This document shows, one piece after another, positions 1 through 15,172 of a DNA stretch of 64,000 nucleotides. The DNA lies in contig MU054338.1 of NCBI GenBank assembly GCA_013239625.1, positions 5,246,724-5,310,723 on the forward strand. The letters run 5' to 3'. This DNA is from Lama guanicoe (lineage: Eukaryota). The translations under genes and the position numbers were made by a program. Numbering within the stretch: position 1 is the first letter of the stretch; each line of letters starts with the position of its first letter. The notes under the pieces were generated by a model. That model was not told where the DNA came from, ran no database searches, and worked only from the letters and a program-made list of their open reading frames with translations.

Positions 1-1255
1 GCCTGCTGTTGGAGTGGGCATCTGCACCAGGCTGGGGGGTACCCAGAGCTGCCATCAAAGGCCAGCAACTCGCACTGGGGGACCAGGCTCCTCCTCAGGC
101 CCCTGGGGGATTTGGGCTGTCCACTCCTCTCCAGGTTGGGCCCCTGTTCAGGACTGTAACCTGGCCGGCAGGCGGGGCCTGCACACCCCAAGCTGAGCTT
201 CCACAGCTGGGGCGGGAGAGGGGAGAGCGAGTGACAAGACCGCCGGCCCCAAAGCACATAGCTCAGGGTAGGGTGCAGGAAAATGCAGGGTTATGCGTGC
301 ACCTCCACCCCACCCGTCACGGGCCGGGAAGGTCCTGCCCGCCTGCTCTGTGTCTGCTCTGCAGCCTCCGGGAGCCGCTGGTCTCTCAGAAGGGAGGTCA
401 CCTCAGAGCTATGACTGCCTGAGGCCCACCTGCCAGTGTTTCTTTTAGTACCTCAGCCAAGTGGGTGGTGAACACGCTCTGTGCCAAAGAACATTAAAGT
501 CAACTGCAGACAATTCCGTTGGCTCCACTGAGCTCCAGGAGCAGCAGCCTTCCTTTCTAGTCTGTCAGCACATCCCTACTCCCGCTGAGAGCAGAGCTGA
601 GCAGCCCACAAGCAGGGCGGTCCCAGCTCACTGCTCCCCGCACGGAGCCAGGCCCTACACCAGCAGGGCAGGTGGACGAACGGCGACAGTGGAGCCCAGC
701 CACTGCTCACCCGCTGGGGTTGCTCTCAGGAAGGTGGGTGTGGGGCTCAGCTCAGCGGTGCCGGACTGCTTCACGTAAAGCCCAGAGCCCAAGCTGCCAT
801 GTCCTGAACTGAGATGACCCCAGAGGGCCTGGCAAAGGGGCCGGGATGGCCAGCGAGAGGAATTTGCTGCCCTGGAGCCCTCTGGGCTGTGAATGTGCTG
901 CCCCAGGGGGGCAGCTGAGTCATGAAGACCAAGGAACGGCTCCTCAGAAACAGCCACCCTTGGAGCTCTGGGGCAGTGAAAGATGGGGACTCTGGACCTG
1001 GAGTAAAGACTGTCTTACCCCGCATACCACTGCTGGCAGTAAGAACGGCCACTCGGTAGACCCAGCCGGGCCACGTGGCTACCTGCGAGAAGGGCCAGAA
1101 TCTCTCAGTGTTTTCACCATAAAAGGTTGGCCTCACATTCTCTGTCAAGAGCTGCTTTTATGTCATTTTACCTGCCCAGCTGCATAAAACAAAAGCCAGC
1201 ATCCTCAGACTGATTCTGTCCTCACTGGAGGAATCACTCACAGCATTTACCATCA

Positions 1256-1561
<306 letters not shown>

Positions 1562-2468
1562 TCAAGTGAGAAGCCAACCCTCTGGTAGGAGGTCACGTGA
1601 GCACTCATCACTGGCGGCAGCCCGTGCTGGCAGCTCCCCTCGGGCACCCTGATGAGGCAGATGTTACTCCTGTTTCATAAAGTCGAGAGACTCAGGGCCC
1701 AAAGCTGGTCGGCAGCAGGGCAGACCCAATCCGGGCTGCTTGTTCCACCCCCTCAACGGCCTCAGGCCTCTCTGGACAACGAGCAGGGCTGAGAACACCA
1801 CCTGGTCCTTTCTGTGAGGAGCCCAGGGCAAGGCAGTGAGAGCTGGGTTTTGCTGGGAGTGTGACACCCGACTGCCAGCAGGCAAGCTTGCCAGCAGGGA
1901 GCTCAGACAGGGCTCGAGGCCTGGGGGAGCCCACACGAGCCCACACGTGTTTTTTGGCTTTATGCTTTGCAAAACTGAAGGAAAGCTAAAAGGAACTTCT
2001 GCAGTGGCTTAGGGAGAACAGTGTGTGTGTTGGGGCCAATGGCAAGGAAAGATCTTTGGTGCTTTCCCAGGTTGGGGTGACAGCTGTGTGGATCCTGCAG
2101 GCCCAGAAGTGATGGGGCCAAGGCCAGGCCCCTGCTAGGAGGGAGCAGCTGGGACAAAGCCCTTCTGCCCACAAAGGGGCAGCCTGGGGGACAGAACTCA
2201 ATCACACCCAAGGCAGTCAGAGCCGAGTCAGGAGGCTGCAGAGGAGGAGGAGGCAGAGAACCGTGTGCTCTGGAAGGGTGGGGCTCAGACCTGTGCAGAA
2301 TGTTCTCTCAGGGTCACAAAACCAATGCAGCAAGGAGCCTGAGACCACAACACAGGAGCGAACATGACCTCTCAGATGCCACTGGGAGGCACAAGGGCAC
2401 AGACAACAGGAGTGTCCTCACAGCGCTCAGGCCTCCAGGAAGGGCAGGTATAGTTCTACACACCCAGA

Positions 2469-2502
2469 ACACACACACATACACACACACACACACACAC
2501 AC
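2469..2502. repeat. (CA)n microsatellite
   Basis: Direct observation; one interruption. Confidence 0.9.
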
Positions 2503-4770
2503 GCACGCCCCTTCATGCATGTGCTTGCGGACTCCCAAACATTGGATGAGCACCTATGACATTCCAGAAAAAGAGACGACAGACATCGCCTTTGCCTGTG
2601 AAGCAGACAGCAATGCCATGGAAAGATGGCAAATGACAGGAGAAACTGGTGGTGTAGTCACAGCCCAGCTCCACCTGAAGAGGAGGCGGGGACCACGGAG
2701 GTGAGCTCAAAGGTGAGTGGAACAGAAAGTGATGCTGATCAGGAGGACACGCCAGGGCACTGGGTCCTGTCAGGAGCTAGTGGCCTCCAAAAGGCAGTAC
2801 AGTACAAGCTGACAGTCCCTGGAAGTTTCCCTGAGGTGCATCCAAGCCTGAGGCACCTTGGTGAGGCCTGTGGTGCAGGCACTTTGGGGCCACTTAATGA
2901 TGTGTTCGAGGCCTGGGCCAGATGCAGCACTGTCCCCAGAGAAAGAGGCCACCGTGGCCCACAGGGCTTCTGTGACCAGGGTGGCCTGGCCATGATCCTG
3001 GCTTCCAGAGGAGGTCAGCTTTCCCACTGCCACCTGGACCCACACTGACCAGACCCACAGAACACCCTCCTCAAACTGCTGCCAGAGGCTGTCTCTCCAA
3101 CTGTTTGTCAGGCATCATATTTAAGGCAGCATGGCTGAGGCTGTTCTGTGCTTTCTCCGGACCATTCTGTCTGGCCACTGGCAGATTTGTTGGGAATGGG
3201 TTGCATTTGGGGTCTGCCCTCAGCTTTTGGTGAAGGACACTGTGGAAAAAAAATTCCCAAACCAGTGCCGGGGAAGCAGCGGGAAGGCACTGAAGTCTTC
3301 AAGACTGTCCCTTGATAAAGAGGAAATGCTTTCAGAGCCAAATACACTTCAATTCCTTTCAACACAGGTGTCTTCAAGGACCTCGAGACCAACTAGAGCT
3401 TTCCTTTTCTCTTTAGCCATTGTCAAGTTCAGAGTCAAGTCGGAATTGAAGACCTCCCTGGGGAACCCCGCATGCAACAGGTGTGCAACAAGGCAGCGGG
3501 CGTGCCTTGGAGTCCAGCTCCAAGACCTCATTTGGAAATAGGATGCAGTTAGGGAAAATGAGGCCGAAGCACAGAAAGATGGCCCCAAATCAATGACTCA
3601 TGTCCTTGTAAAAAGGGGAAATGTGGACACAGACACGCCCTCAGGGAGAACCCCGTGTGAAGACGAAAGCAGACTTGGGTGATGTTCCCGCAGGCCGACG
3701 ACCACTAAAGGTTCAGTGACCCCCAGCTCGGGGAGGCCTGGACGGCCACAGCCCTCGGGAGGTGCTCCATCTGCCAAGCCCCGGACCTTGGGCTTCCGGC
3801 CCATGAGGGTCTCGCAGACACAAAGGCTCAAGAGGACAAGCTCATTCCAAGTCGCTTCAGGTCGAGGGAGACTGGCCACACCGGCGGGCGCGGGGCAGTA
3901 GACACAGCTCTGGGGGGCGGCTGCAGGAAGGTGGGTCAGGGTCTGGCCTGGGGTGGGGAAGGAGGCGTGTCCTACAGGAGGGCTTGGAAAGGAGCCAAGG
4001 TCTGGAAAACCCAAGGCAGGCCCAGGGTAGGTGGAGCCTGAAGATACACGTGGTAGCAAGGAGGTGGGGCTGCAGGCTGGGGAAGGAGGGAGAGGTCAGC
4101 GGTGGCAGGCTGAGAAGTGAGGGGAGGTTGGGGAAGCTGTCCTGAGACCTGGAGGACACACCAACTCATCCCAGAGGCTACCACAGACACCAAGGACACT
4201 GGTGCCGATCTGCCTAAGGCTCTCCCAGGTCGCGTGCATGGCTCCCTCACTCCTGCAAGTCAACATGAAGCCTCTTCGCAGAACACACTGGTGCCACCAT
4301 GTGACTCCGTGACACTTACCTCTGCAACATGTGGCTTTCATATTTTTTACTGTATGTGCACACGTGCACACACACACACACACACCCCAGCTCCACAGGG
4401 GCACAGGCTTTGTTTTGCTCACTGCTTGGCACATAGTATGCACTCAGACATTTGCCAAATGCATGTTGAACAAACTGGTGAGAGAAGGACTGCAGCTGGC
4501 TGTGACAAGGCAGTGAGGCGGGAGGGACAATGGAGCCCCTCAGCCAGCAGAAGCAGGCGGGGAGGCCTGCGGAGGGGGCCGCCCCTGTGTAAGCATCCTC
4601 TATCAGGACCCTGCTTTCACTGGTGGGGCTGAGGAGGCCAAGAGCCACAGGTATAAGGCCTGGGATGGCACCACCCAACACACCTCTGACACGCAATGCC
4701 TCAATCCTGAGCAGACAGGAGGTCCCCTGATGCCCTAAAAGCACCAGGCCTCTGAGGAGCAACTGTGCTA

Positions 4771-5061
<291 letters not shown>

Positions 5062-6234
5062 TCACAAGTACAAGACCAAAGAGAAGAAGACCAAGAAAAC
5101 ACACAAGGATGCTAACAGGCATGGTCTCTGGCAAGGGGTATTAGAGATCGTGGTTATAGTCTGTATTGATGGCTTATTTGTTACACTTCCTTGGCAAATG
5201 CGCACATTTTCTGCAAAGAACATTACATTTATAATTTTTTTTAAAAAGGTTACTTAAAAAGAAATACTGTGTTACTAAGAGTATCCTGGGGAACCCACCA
5301 CCAAAGCAACAAGGAGGATGGGTTCTACTGGTGGCGGCCGCTCTGGGGGTGCTCCGAGGGGGACTGTGTGAGGGAGAAGGAGGAGGACGGTCACAACAGT
5401 GGACAGGCGGGTGGGGAGAACCCGAAGACCACCCGCTGTCAGCATCCAGGCTGGTTTCCGCCACTTCCATCCCCAGAGTGGGAAGGCCTGCTGGGCTCTG
5501 GCGCCACCCGGTGTCGGTTCCCCTTACTTTTCTGAGCTGCAACCCAGCTGGGGGAAGAGGACAGGGAGAGGCCTGGGCCCCACCTTCACAGCACCACACG
5601 TCCAGAGCCAGCTCCCAGGGTGCCAGCATCATCAGCTGAAGCCTGGGAGAGTGTAGGATGCAGAAACCTGAGTTCTTCCCAACAAAATCCAGGGTTACAG
5701 GCAGGGTGGCCCTACTCCTTCTTGGGGAACTGCTCAGAAGTGCAGGAGTGACCACTAAATGGACACTACAGGAGGAACATGGCCCAAAAGGGGAGGGGCT
5801 GTGGGTCTCCAGGAAGCCCAGAGAGAAGCAATGGCCAAGGGTCAGAGTCGGAAGAAGCCTTGGGCTTTCACTACAGAGCAGGAGGAGGAGGAGGCCCAGA
5901 GAAGACAACAGCCACCAAGCCCACGTTACCTGTCCACGTGCCACGTTAACGGGCACCCACCACATACCAACCACTGCTCTGGGGAGAGACAGAGGGGTGA
6001 GTGGGATAAAGGCCTGCCTCCCAGCTCGGCTCAGTCCCTCCAGTTGGTGGTAAAAACATGAGAAGGCCTCGAGCCACAGGCAGGCAGAGATCCTTATGGC
6101 AGCTGAGCTGGCTCAGACCCTGCACCCATGAACCCAGACCCATCTTGCCACTAACGAGACCCAGTGGAGAGCTTAACCCAGTTTTGCCACTTGTAAATAA
6201 ACAAACAAACAAACATACTTCATTTTTTTAATTT

Positions 6235-6875
6235 AAAGAAAAAATATAGAGATAATACAGAGTTTCCATATATTCTACACCGTTTCCCCTATTAGTAACC
6301 TTACCCTAGGATGGTACACTTGTTACAGTTAATGAATCAGTACTGATTTATTAACTACAGTCCACAGCTGATTCTGACTGCCTCAGTTTTCCCTGATGTC
6401 CTTTTTTGTCTCAGATGCCATCCAGGACCCCACACGACATTTAGTTGTGAAGTCTCCTTAGGCTCTTCTGGGCTGCGACAGTTTCTCAGACTTTCTCCTT
6501 TTTTGATGACCTTGAGTTTTGAGAACTCATCAGGAATTTTGTAGAATCTCCCCTAATCTGGGTTTGACAGATCTTCTTCTCTGGTCAGGCAGGGGTTATA
6601 AGGAGTTTTGAGGAGGAGGACAACAGAGTGAAGTGCCTTCTGACACTGTTTCGGGGTGCATGTTGTCAACATGACTCATCACCGCTGAAGTTGGCCTTGG
6701 TCCCCTGGCCAAGGCAATCGGTTTGCCAGGGTTCTCCTCCCCCACGGTCACTGCAGCCCTTGGAAGGAAGTCACTCTGCAAAGCCCATGTGTAATGAGTG
6801 CCTTGTGGAGGTGCATGCTCCCTCCTTCAGGGCAGAGTAGCTACATAAATTATCAGCAATTCTGCACAGGCCATT
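6235..6875 (-). mobile_element. Old LINE-1 3' fragment (L1MC-like)
   Basis: Resembles L1MC 3' UTR (catttagttgt...tctccttaggctc...cagtttctcagact). Confidence 0.65.
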
Positions 6876-9800
6876 TTCATTTTTAAAGAAACAAAAACAA
6901 AACCTGATCCTCCAGGCCCATATTTCTAATAAAATGCCATGGGTCTCAGAGACCCGCTTCCTGAGCCTTGGACAGTGAGGATGTTGGGAGCAGCAGGGTG
7001 GTGGGGGTAGGGCCCATACAGCGGGAGAATCAGACCTGCAGCTCAGAAAATGACACTGGACTCCAGGCCGACAACTTCAGGGACCTTGCAGATGGTCCAG
7101 ACTATAAAAGTCAAGTCGGAGAGCGCAGAATGTCTATGTCCCACCGAACTCCAGCCCTGCTGGGACTTTCGCTCCCCAGCACCAGCCCTCCAATCACCCT
7201 CCACCTCTCACTGTGCCCAGGCCACGGAGACTGCCCTGTCAGCCCAGATCCTCTGCGCCTCTCTCTCGTCTTTTGTGTTCCTGCTCCTCCCACAAGGCCA
7301 GTCCCAACCCTGGGCCACCTGTCTCCTCTGCTACCGGGCTTCAGGTGCCCCAGGCCATGTTTCTGTGTCTTCTGCTGCAGCTGGCTCCTCTCGGCACACA
7401 CAGGCCCAGCCCCACCTCAGTTCCTGATTCCCTACTCCCCTCCCCTTCAGGCCTCACCAAGGCCATTCAACGTGCCACCCCAGTCCCACAGAGTTTCAGG
7501 ACACAGCTCCCAGAGCCCTCAGCAGCACTGGGCGCTAATGACCAGCTTGTGGCACCACCTCCTCCAGGATGTGACACCACCACCAGGTTTCCCTTCTCCC
7601 CAACTGGCCCTCTCTGGGCTCCTCATCCTGGGCCCATTCCATCGAGATGGTCCCTCAGGCTCTACCTTTGGCCCTTGTCTCTGTCATCTACTCTTCCTGG
7701 GTGACCTCCTTGACCACTGTGTGCCCACATCTGTGTGCCCACGTCACCTAAGAAGTTACACATCCTCAGATGGCCACTGCCTTCTTCCCAAGCCCTGCTC
7801 CTCCTCCAGTTTTCCTCAACGAGCCCACATATACCAACTGAGTACCTATGACGTGTCAGGCCCCGTGCCAGGCTGGCCAGCGGGTTTAATGATAATCACA
7901 GAGGACAGCTCACTCCTTAACAAAACGCACCTCCCACTGGGCAAGTCTGACAACAAACCAGCAAAAAACCAACGAACAAAGCCATCATGCAGGTGCTCCG
8001 AGGAGAACCTCCAGGCGGTGCGAGAGGGACTGCCAGGACAGGTCCATGGGGACAGGGCTCTCAGGAGCGCCCTCTGAGGAGGTAATATTAGAAGCAAGAC
8101 TTCAGGGCGGCTGGAGGTGAGCATTCCAGACAGTACAGCAAGCGCCAAGTCTCTGAGGTGTTCCAGGAAATGAAAGGCAGCCAGCACGGCTGAATAGAAC
8201 AAGCTGGAGGCACGGCCCAGACGGCGGGGTGGACAGCGGCTGCGGCGGGGCCAAGACCAGTGCAGAGACCTTGGGGAGCCCATGAGCCAGACCAGGTGTG
8301 AGACGAGGGCCACGCGTCAGGGCAGGGGCAGCAGAAAGAGGACCCACCAAGCGGACCTGCAGGTGGGCTGATGCGGGAGGGAGCACCAGGGGGCCACGGT
8401 CCCTAAAGTGCCAGGGAGCAGCTCCCTGCCAGCACTCCCAGACAGGGACTGGCTCTGTCCCCCAGGCTATTCCACCCTCTGTGGTGGGCACCTGCATACA
8501 GAGGGAGGGAAGTCAGGAGAGGAATGAAGGGGAGCCCCAGGTCTTCACTCACTGAACGAGGACGGAGACTAAAGTGCTTAACACAATGCTGAGGGCCCAC
8601 CTCCACCCTTTCCTTCGCTATAAACCAATGACTCTCAACTCTGGCCTCTTGTTAGAATCACCAGGGCAGCTGCTAAAAACTATCACTGGTGAGGCCACAT
8701 CCTGGACCAATGACATCAGAATGGGGGTGGGAAGGCAGGAGTGGGGACAGCTTGTAAAGCCGCCTACTGAAGCACTGCTGGAAGTGCCTGGGGGAGTGGG
8801 GCTCCCCGTGGTTACACAGAAGAGCCCCAACCTGGAGGTCTGTGCTTGGAGCAGGTGCCTCCAGAAGGCCCTCACTTCCCAAGTTACTGTCTCTCTAACA
8901 GGGTTCACAAGCCACTCAGGGTAATCATGCAGCTTCCTGGGGCTCTCCTCAGTCCAAGACCCAGGATGTTGGGCAGGCGTGGGAACCTGCACTTCCAAGT
9001 TCCCTACAGAAGATTCTCTTGCCCCTTAGAGGCAGCAAGCCTGCTGGAGTCAATGCCATGAAGGCAGGTCAGCTGCTGCCCCCGCCCCCTTCAGCCCTGA
9101 ACACAGGAGCTCTGAGGTCTGATGGGGGAGCAGGGGTGCTGGGGGGCAAGCACAGGCAGGGCATGGATCCTGCACAGGCTGCTGGGGCCTGAGGAGGGCG
9201 AGGCCTGCCAGTCAGGGGTGGGGGCAACCAGAGCCCGGGACTGGAGGTGTGGTGGAGAGGGGAGGGAGGGAGATGAGGAAAAGGAGGCTGAGGGAGAAGG
9301 GACAGGGATGAAGGATGAATAAGCCCCAGGCCTGAGATCTAGGGATGTCCCAGGCCAGAGCCCCTCACTGCAGGAAGGGCGGTGCTACTCAGCTCTGGGT
9401 CTAACTTGCCCAGGCACCAGCACTGTCCCCTCTCCAGGGAGGTTCCAACACCCCAGACTGGCTGATTCAGTGGGGCCGGGTGGGGCCTGAGACCTGCGTT
9501 TCTCCCAGTCCCCTGGTGCTGCTGCTGGCCAGGGAGCCGCCAGCCCGGGGAAACGAGGCTGTCTCTGCAGCGAGTGCTCTGTATGCCCCGCTGGATGACC
9601 CCTGGGCCAGTGCTCCTGCATTCATTCCCAAATGTCTCTCTCTCTCTCTCTTTAGATGGGGTCAAGACTAACAGATAACTCCACGGCATTTTGCCTTGCT
9701 TTCCCACACTAGAGCAGCCAGATGTAAGGCTTTAATCCCTTAGTGTTCTTCACCTGACCTGGGATGCACAGCTGAAGAGGGTGGCCCCGGCCTGTGGACG

Positions 9801-10628
9801 AGGCCCTCCTCTACACCGTGAGGGGTTGGCACACTCGAGCGCCTTCTCTCAAGGTCCACAAGGCTCAAGGGAAGATGTTACCGGAGGAGAGACTGGATCT
9901 TGGGGGAATGAGTGAATTAATTAGGCAATAAGGAAGAAACAGCAAACGTCTCCAAAGGAAAGAAGATGGGCAAAGGATAAGAAGGGTATTTTATAAAAGA
10001 AGGGCACAAACAGCCAGTAATTACGGGAAAACAGAAACTTTCTTTACTAGAAATGCACACTGCCGTCACAATCAGATGTTATTTTTCACTTTTGCGAAGA
10101 ACAAGAAGAGGTGAGAAACCCTGCCTGGCCTAGGGGATGGATGGCAGGGCTGAGCAGAAGGGCGTGTGAACCAAAGACCCCCTGGAGGGCCAGGTGACAA
10201 TATAGCTCAAGAGCTTTTAGAAGGTACACACTCTCCCATCTGCTAGTTCACTTCCAAGAAGAATTCCCATGGAAATAACCCGTGAGCAAAGACTGGTGCC
10301 AGGATATTTATCTCAGTGGGGCTGGTAACTAGGGAAAAACAGTTATGACCTGTTGTAAGCTCAGAACTGCATGCAACAGAATACTATGTAGACACTGTGA
10401 CCACGAGCTAGCTATGTTTGGGGACAGGGAAAAATGTTTACAGATGTAGGAAGAAAAGTTTCCCACACAGCTTCGGTAGCGCAAGCCCATTTTTATAAAA
10501 GCACACAACAGCTTGAGAACATGAATATGTAAAGAAAAGAGTCTGGAAGGACATGAACCAAAAAGCTAACAGGGATGGGATTATCGGTAATTTAAACTTT
10601 TCTTCCTGCTTGTCTCATGTTAAAATTT

Positions 10629-10757
10629 AAAAGAAAAAAAAATTGGGGGGGGTAATTAAGTTTGTTTGTTTGTTTCTTAATGGAGAGGTACTGGGGATTG
10701 AACCTAGGACCTCAGGCATGCTAAGCACGCGCTCCAGCACTGAGCTATACCCTGCCC
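10629..10757 (-). mobile_element. tRNA-derived SINE (camelid Vic-1-like)
   Basis: A box (tagctcagtg) and B box (ggttcaatccc) on -; A-rich tail; TSD tctc(a/g)tgttaaa at 10613 and 10758. Confidence 0.85.
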
Positions 10758-13103
10758 TCTCGTGTTAAATTTTTATCTATAAAGAACAAAAGTGATTCAC
10801 ATTAAGAAGAAAAAGTGGTCAGGCTGGGTAAGTGTGGAAGGGCATTCCAGCAGAGGGAACGGTACTGATGAGATCACAAGAGCTCGAGAGCAGGCTGTGT
10901 CTGCAAAATGACGAGAGCTCAGTCCAGCCCGAGAGGGTGACTGCGGGGTGCAATGGCTGGGGATGAAAGGGACAGAGTCCCAAGGAGACTTGGGAGCTGC
11001 AGGCTAGGGTATGGGCTTTGTCCTGACCAGAGGTTCAAGGCAATGAGACAGAAGCCGAGCAAGCAGGCCGGGGGCTGGGGACCAAGTGGCCAGCATGACC
11101 TAGTCCAGGAGGGTGGAGGCTGGCTCACGGTCCCTCATGGGCCATATGGCATCTGCAGAGGGATTAGACACCAGGACAGAGAGCAGGGCAGGGCTGCACA
11201 GTAAGGCTAGGTAGTGACTGTGGATGAACAGGCAGCAAGAAACCCATGTCTCCAACACTGGGGACTGGCTGACCAGGAACACTGAGTCTTGGGGCCAGCA
11301 CACAGAACATTCCCTGTATCCCAGGCACCACCCCGTCCCCACTTCCTCTTATCACCAATGCCAGGCCTATGGTCAGCATTCATTAAACATTTGCTGAATG
11401 AATGAATGAATGAATGTCCAAGCTGATCTGCATTCTCCTCTAACCCCTACACCCATTCATTCATTCATTCATTCAACAAACACTGATTATGGCTACATCT
11501 GGGGATACAACAGGGTCCCTGCCTCTGGGAACCATATGGACCTACTAGACCAGAAAGTTGTAATTTCAGTGCAGTGTGGAAACCCATTCTGCAGGTCTGT
11601 CCAATGGCTATAGGAACCCTGGAGAGGCGCATCTAATACTGACTAGATCAGGCCAGAAAAGATATCCTAAAGCAAACAGGGCACAGGAACTGGAAAGATT
11701 TAAAGCAGGGGAGTGACAGGGTGTATTCAGTGTTAACAGAGATTCCTAACTCTTCCTTAAAGAATCAGGAGAATGGTCTGCAGGGAGCACGGGTGGCCAA
11801 TTAAATGCCTAAAGCAATAGGACAGGAGAAGACAATGAGACTTGGTCTAGGATGGAGGCAGGAGAGACAGAGGAAAAGGGATGGAAGTATCCAGAAGGGC
11901 GAGTGCCAGGGACACAGGTCAAAGGTCATGCTTAGATTTCTGACTGGAGCCACTGAGTGGACGGAGTGCCATCTGCTAAGATGGGGACCCTGGCAAACAA
12001 GCAGTTGGCCTGTGGGAGAGTCAAGGTCAGTCTGGAAAACACTGAGAAGCTGAGGGGTCTGGAGCTCAGGAGGACTTTCTGGCTGAAAGAGAGGTGGCAA
12101 GCTGAAGGTAAAGCTAAGCTGTGGGGACGCATCTGTGTACCCCAGTGTTGGCTTAGGAAGAGGAGGCTCAGGAACAACCTGAGGACTGCCTAAGTTAATG
12201 GCTGGGAGGGAGCTGCAAGAGAGGCAGAGGGAGGCCTCCGAGGTAGGAGAAAGCCAGGGTGGGGGGGGCTCACGGAAGCCAAGGGAAGACGAAGCTCCCA
12301 AAAGGAAGAGGAGACAGAGGAGACAGCTCTGTGAACAGGAGGGAGGAGGACATCAGCAGAACAGGGCCGCTCACTCAGGGGCGGGTCTGTCCCCAGGGGA
12401 CACATGGCAATGTAGGGGGGCATTTTTTTGGTTTTCATAACTCAGAAGGTGCCACTGGCACCAGCAACGTAGAGGATGGCCCCCCACAGAAATTACCCAG
12501 TCCCAAACATCGACTGTGCTCAAGTGGAGAACCTCTGAGCTGGAGTGAGTCCAGAAACCTAGCAAGGACTTTTTTCAAAGAAAGCAGAGACTAGAGCATG
12601 ATTGAATGCAGGCGGGTGATCCTGGAAAGGCTCAGAAAAGTGGGTACATGCATAACTTGATGTTCCTGGGCTGCTGAGAAGGGAAGGGATCCGGGAGAGA
12701 GGTGGAAATGGCTGTCACATTCACTGAAGTAGGAAGCAATCATCACCTGAGAGGAAGGGGCCTGAGCGGAGAAAATGCACTGAACTGGCTGCTGTGCACG
12801 GGACGCCCGTGGTACAAGCTGAGGTCAGCTGGGGGTTTGACTGGACCGGGTGCCCGTCCGCCAGGATGCGAGAATCTCTCTGAGGTGGGCAGCCTGAGCC
12901 AGGCTGAGAGAAGGTCATCAGATGAACATAACCATGCATGTCTAGGGTCTCACTGGAAAGGTGTCATAAGGGACAAAGGGGAGTGAGCTGTGAGGCCACA
13001 GCCCCGGGACCAGCTTCGAAGCAGTTTTCACACACCAAGTAGCAGGAGAAAAGTGAATGCAGTAGGTTCTTCATAAAGTTAAGTTCATTCAATTTAAAGA
13101 ACT

Positions 13104-13212
13104 GGGTGGGAGGGTACAGCTCAGTGGTAGAGTGCGTGCCTAGCATGTATGATGTCCTGGGTTCAATCCTCAGTACAGCCATTTAAAAAATTTTTTTAAA
13201 TAAAAAAAAATT
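13104..13212 (+). mobile_element. tRNA-derived SINE (Vic-1-like)
   Basis: cagctcagtggtagagtg...ggttcaatcc, A tail, TSD ttaaagaactg. Confidence 0.85.
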
Positions 13213-14848
13213 AAAAGAACTGCTAGCGAGATGCAGAGCTGAAATGCCAGCCCAGGCCCCCTATCCTACAACTCCTGGTGCACTCCACTCATCTTGCCCA
13301 AAAAGCAGGAAAAAAGTTTGTATCTGAACTGAGATAAATTCCAAATTACACTTTTACTGCTTTCACTGGTTCTCAAACCAGTTCTCTCTGGACAGATCAC
13401 ACCAAAGCTAAGTGTTCCTATGAACACAGCTCACATTACTCTGAAAACCACAAACCAAGAGACAAGGAAGTCAGGTACTATGAAAATGTCAGCGAGCACC
13501 TGCAGCACTCAGGAATGCCAACGGGGCCGAGTGTTCCCTTCCCCAGAACACAAAAAGAGAAAGGCAGGACTTCTTTGCAGCACAGGAGAATCTCTAAGCC
13601 CCTCTGAACAAGGACTCTCTTATTCAGGATGTCCTCCTGGAACTGGAGAGACAGTGCCTTCTAGAACATTCTAATGCTGTTCAATTTTGTGTATTATGTA
13701 AAGCTCCCATTTTGAAGACATTTATTAAATCGCAGACTCTCAGAATGGGAAGTGTCCTTAAAGGACTTTTCAGTTCAAAGCCCCCTCTGATAAACTAATT
13801 CCCTGTACAGTGGTCGGCCAGCCTCTACAGAAGTCATCCTGGGGACAGGCATTTTCCATCACTGGCAAATGCTGAGGGTTCAATGCAGCAGGACAATGAG
13901 TACATGGGGTTCAACATACTCCTCTACTGTCACATAAATGTGAACATAATATTATTGTATTTCCATAATAAATACAGCTTTTCATTTTGAAATTATTTCT
14001 CAGTGCAGGAACTACAGTCCCACAACCCAAGGCGGCAGTCAGAGCCACCCAGGAGGACTGCTCGTTCCTCAGCAGAGCTGGGAAGAGAGGGAGAGGAGGA
14101 AGAGAGCTCCCTAAAATGTTCCTCCCTGGGAAGAAAAGAAAGGAAGAAGCGCTTCACAGCACCCAGTCTTGCCATGTTTTTCTCCAGGGTCCTTGAAACC
14201 AGGGTCTCAGAACAGAGACCCATCTATAGAGGGAGCCTTATCAGGTACCAGGCCTTCTGCAAACCCTTATGAGGCAAGCAGCATCAGGATGTAGGAGCCA
14301 CCACGCCCACCTTACAGATGGGGACACTGAGGCTTAGAGGCTTATGGTCACACTGTAAGGGTGCGAGAGGGTGGGACTTTGAACCGGCCGGCCAACCCCA
14401 CAGCCCGCCTGTGATCCACTGCCCTGATCCAGCCCCTAAGAGTTCAAGCTCAGTGTGTTTCAGATGTTCAAGTTAATAGTGTGACAGGGTGGCCCAAACC
14501 TAACAAAGGGCTGCCCACAGGGGACTCAGTGTTCTGCCTCGGGCCTGGCCTTGTATGGGGGCCTGGGGAGGCAGGATGGGCCTGCCTGGGCCTGCCCTGG
14601 GCAGGGCGCTGGCCAGAGTCCCTTCCACACATGGGACCACACCAGGCCAGGGTGCCATTCTTTGGTCCCTTCCAGCTGTCAGAATGGTCCCCATTTCTCA
14701 TGTCCCCACATTTCCCCTCCTCTCACCGTCTCAATTTTTACTCACTCTCTTATGATGGGTTTTCCCTCTTTTGGGAATCTATGTCTGGTCTGACACCAGG
14801 GCAGTGGCAAAACAGAGTTGAGATAAAAATGAAACTTCACAGCTGTCA

Positions 14849-15172
<324 letters not shown>

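Noticed and set aside
6968..8077. 369-aa plus-strand ORF in ELAVL1 intron 2
   Set aside because: TTG start, Pro/Ser/Leu low-complexity composition, overlaps L2-like sequence, no recognisable domain
11395..11475. Inverted (TGAA)n/(TTCA)n as a structured RNA or array
   Set aside because: Typical L2 3' tails in opposite orientation; no spacer-repeat structure
13104..13185. Functional tRNA gene
   Set aside because: A-rich tail, TSDs and diverged sister copies indicate a SINE
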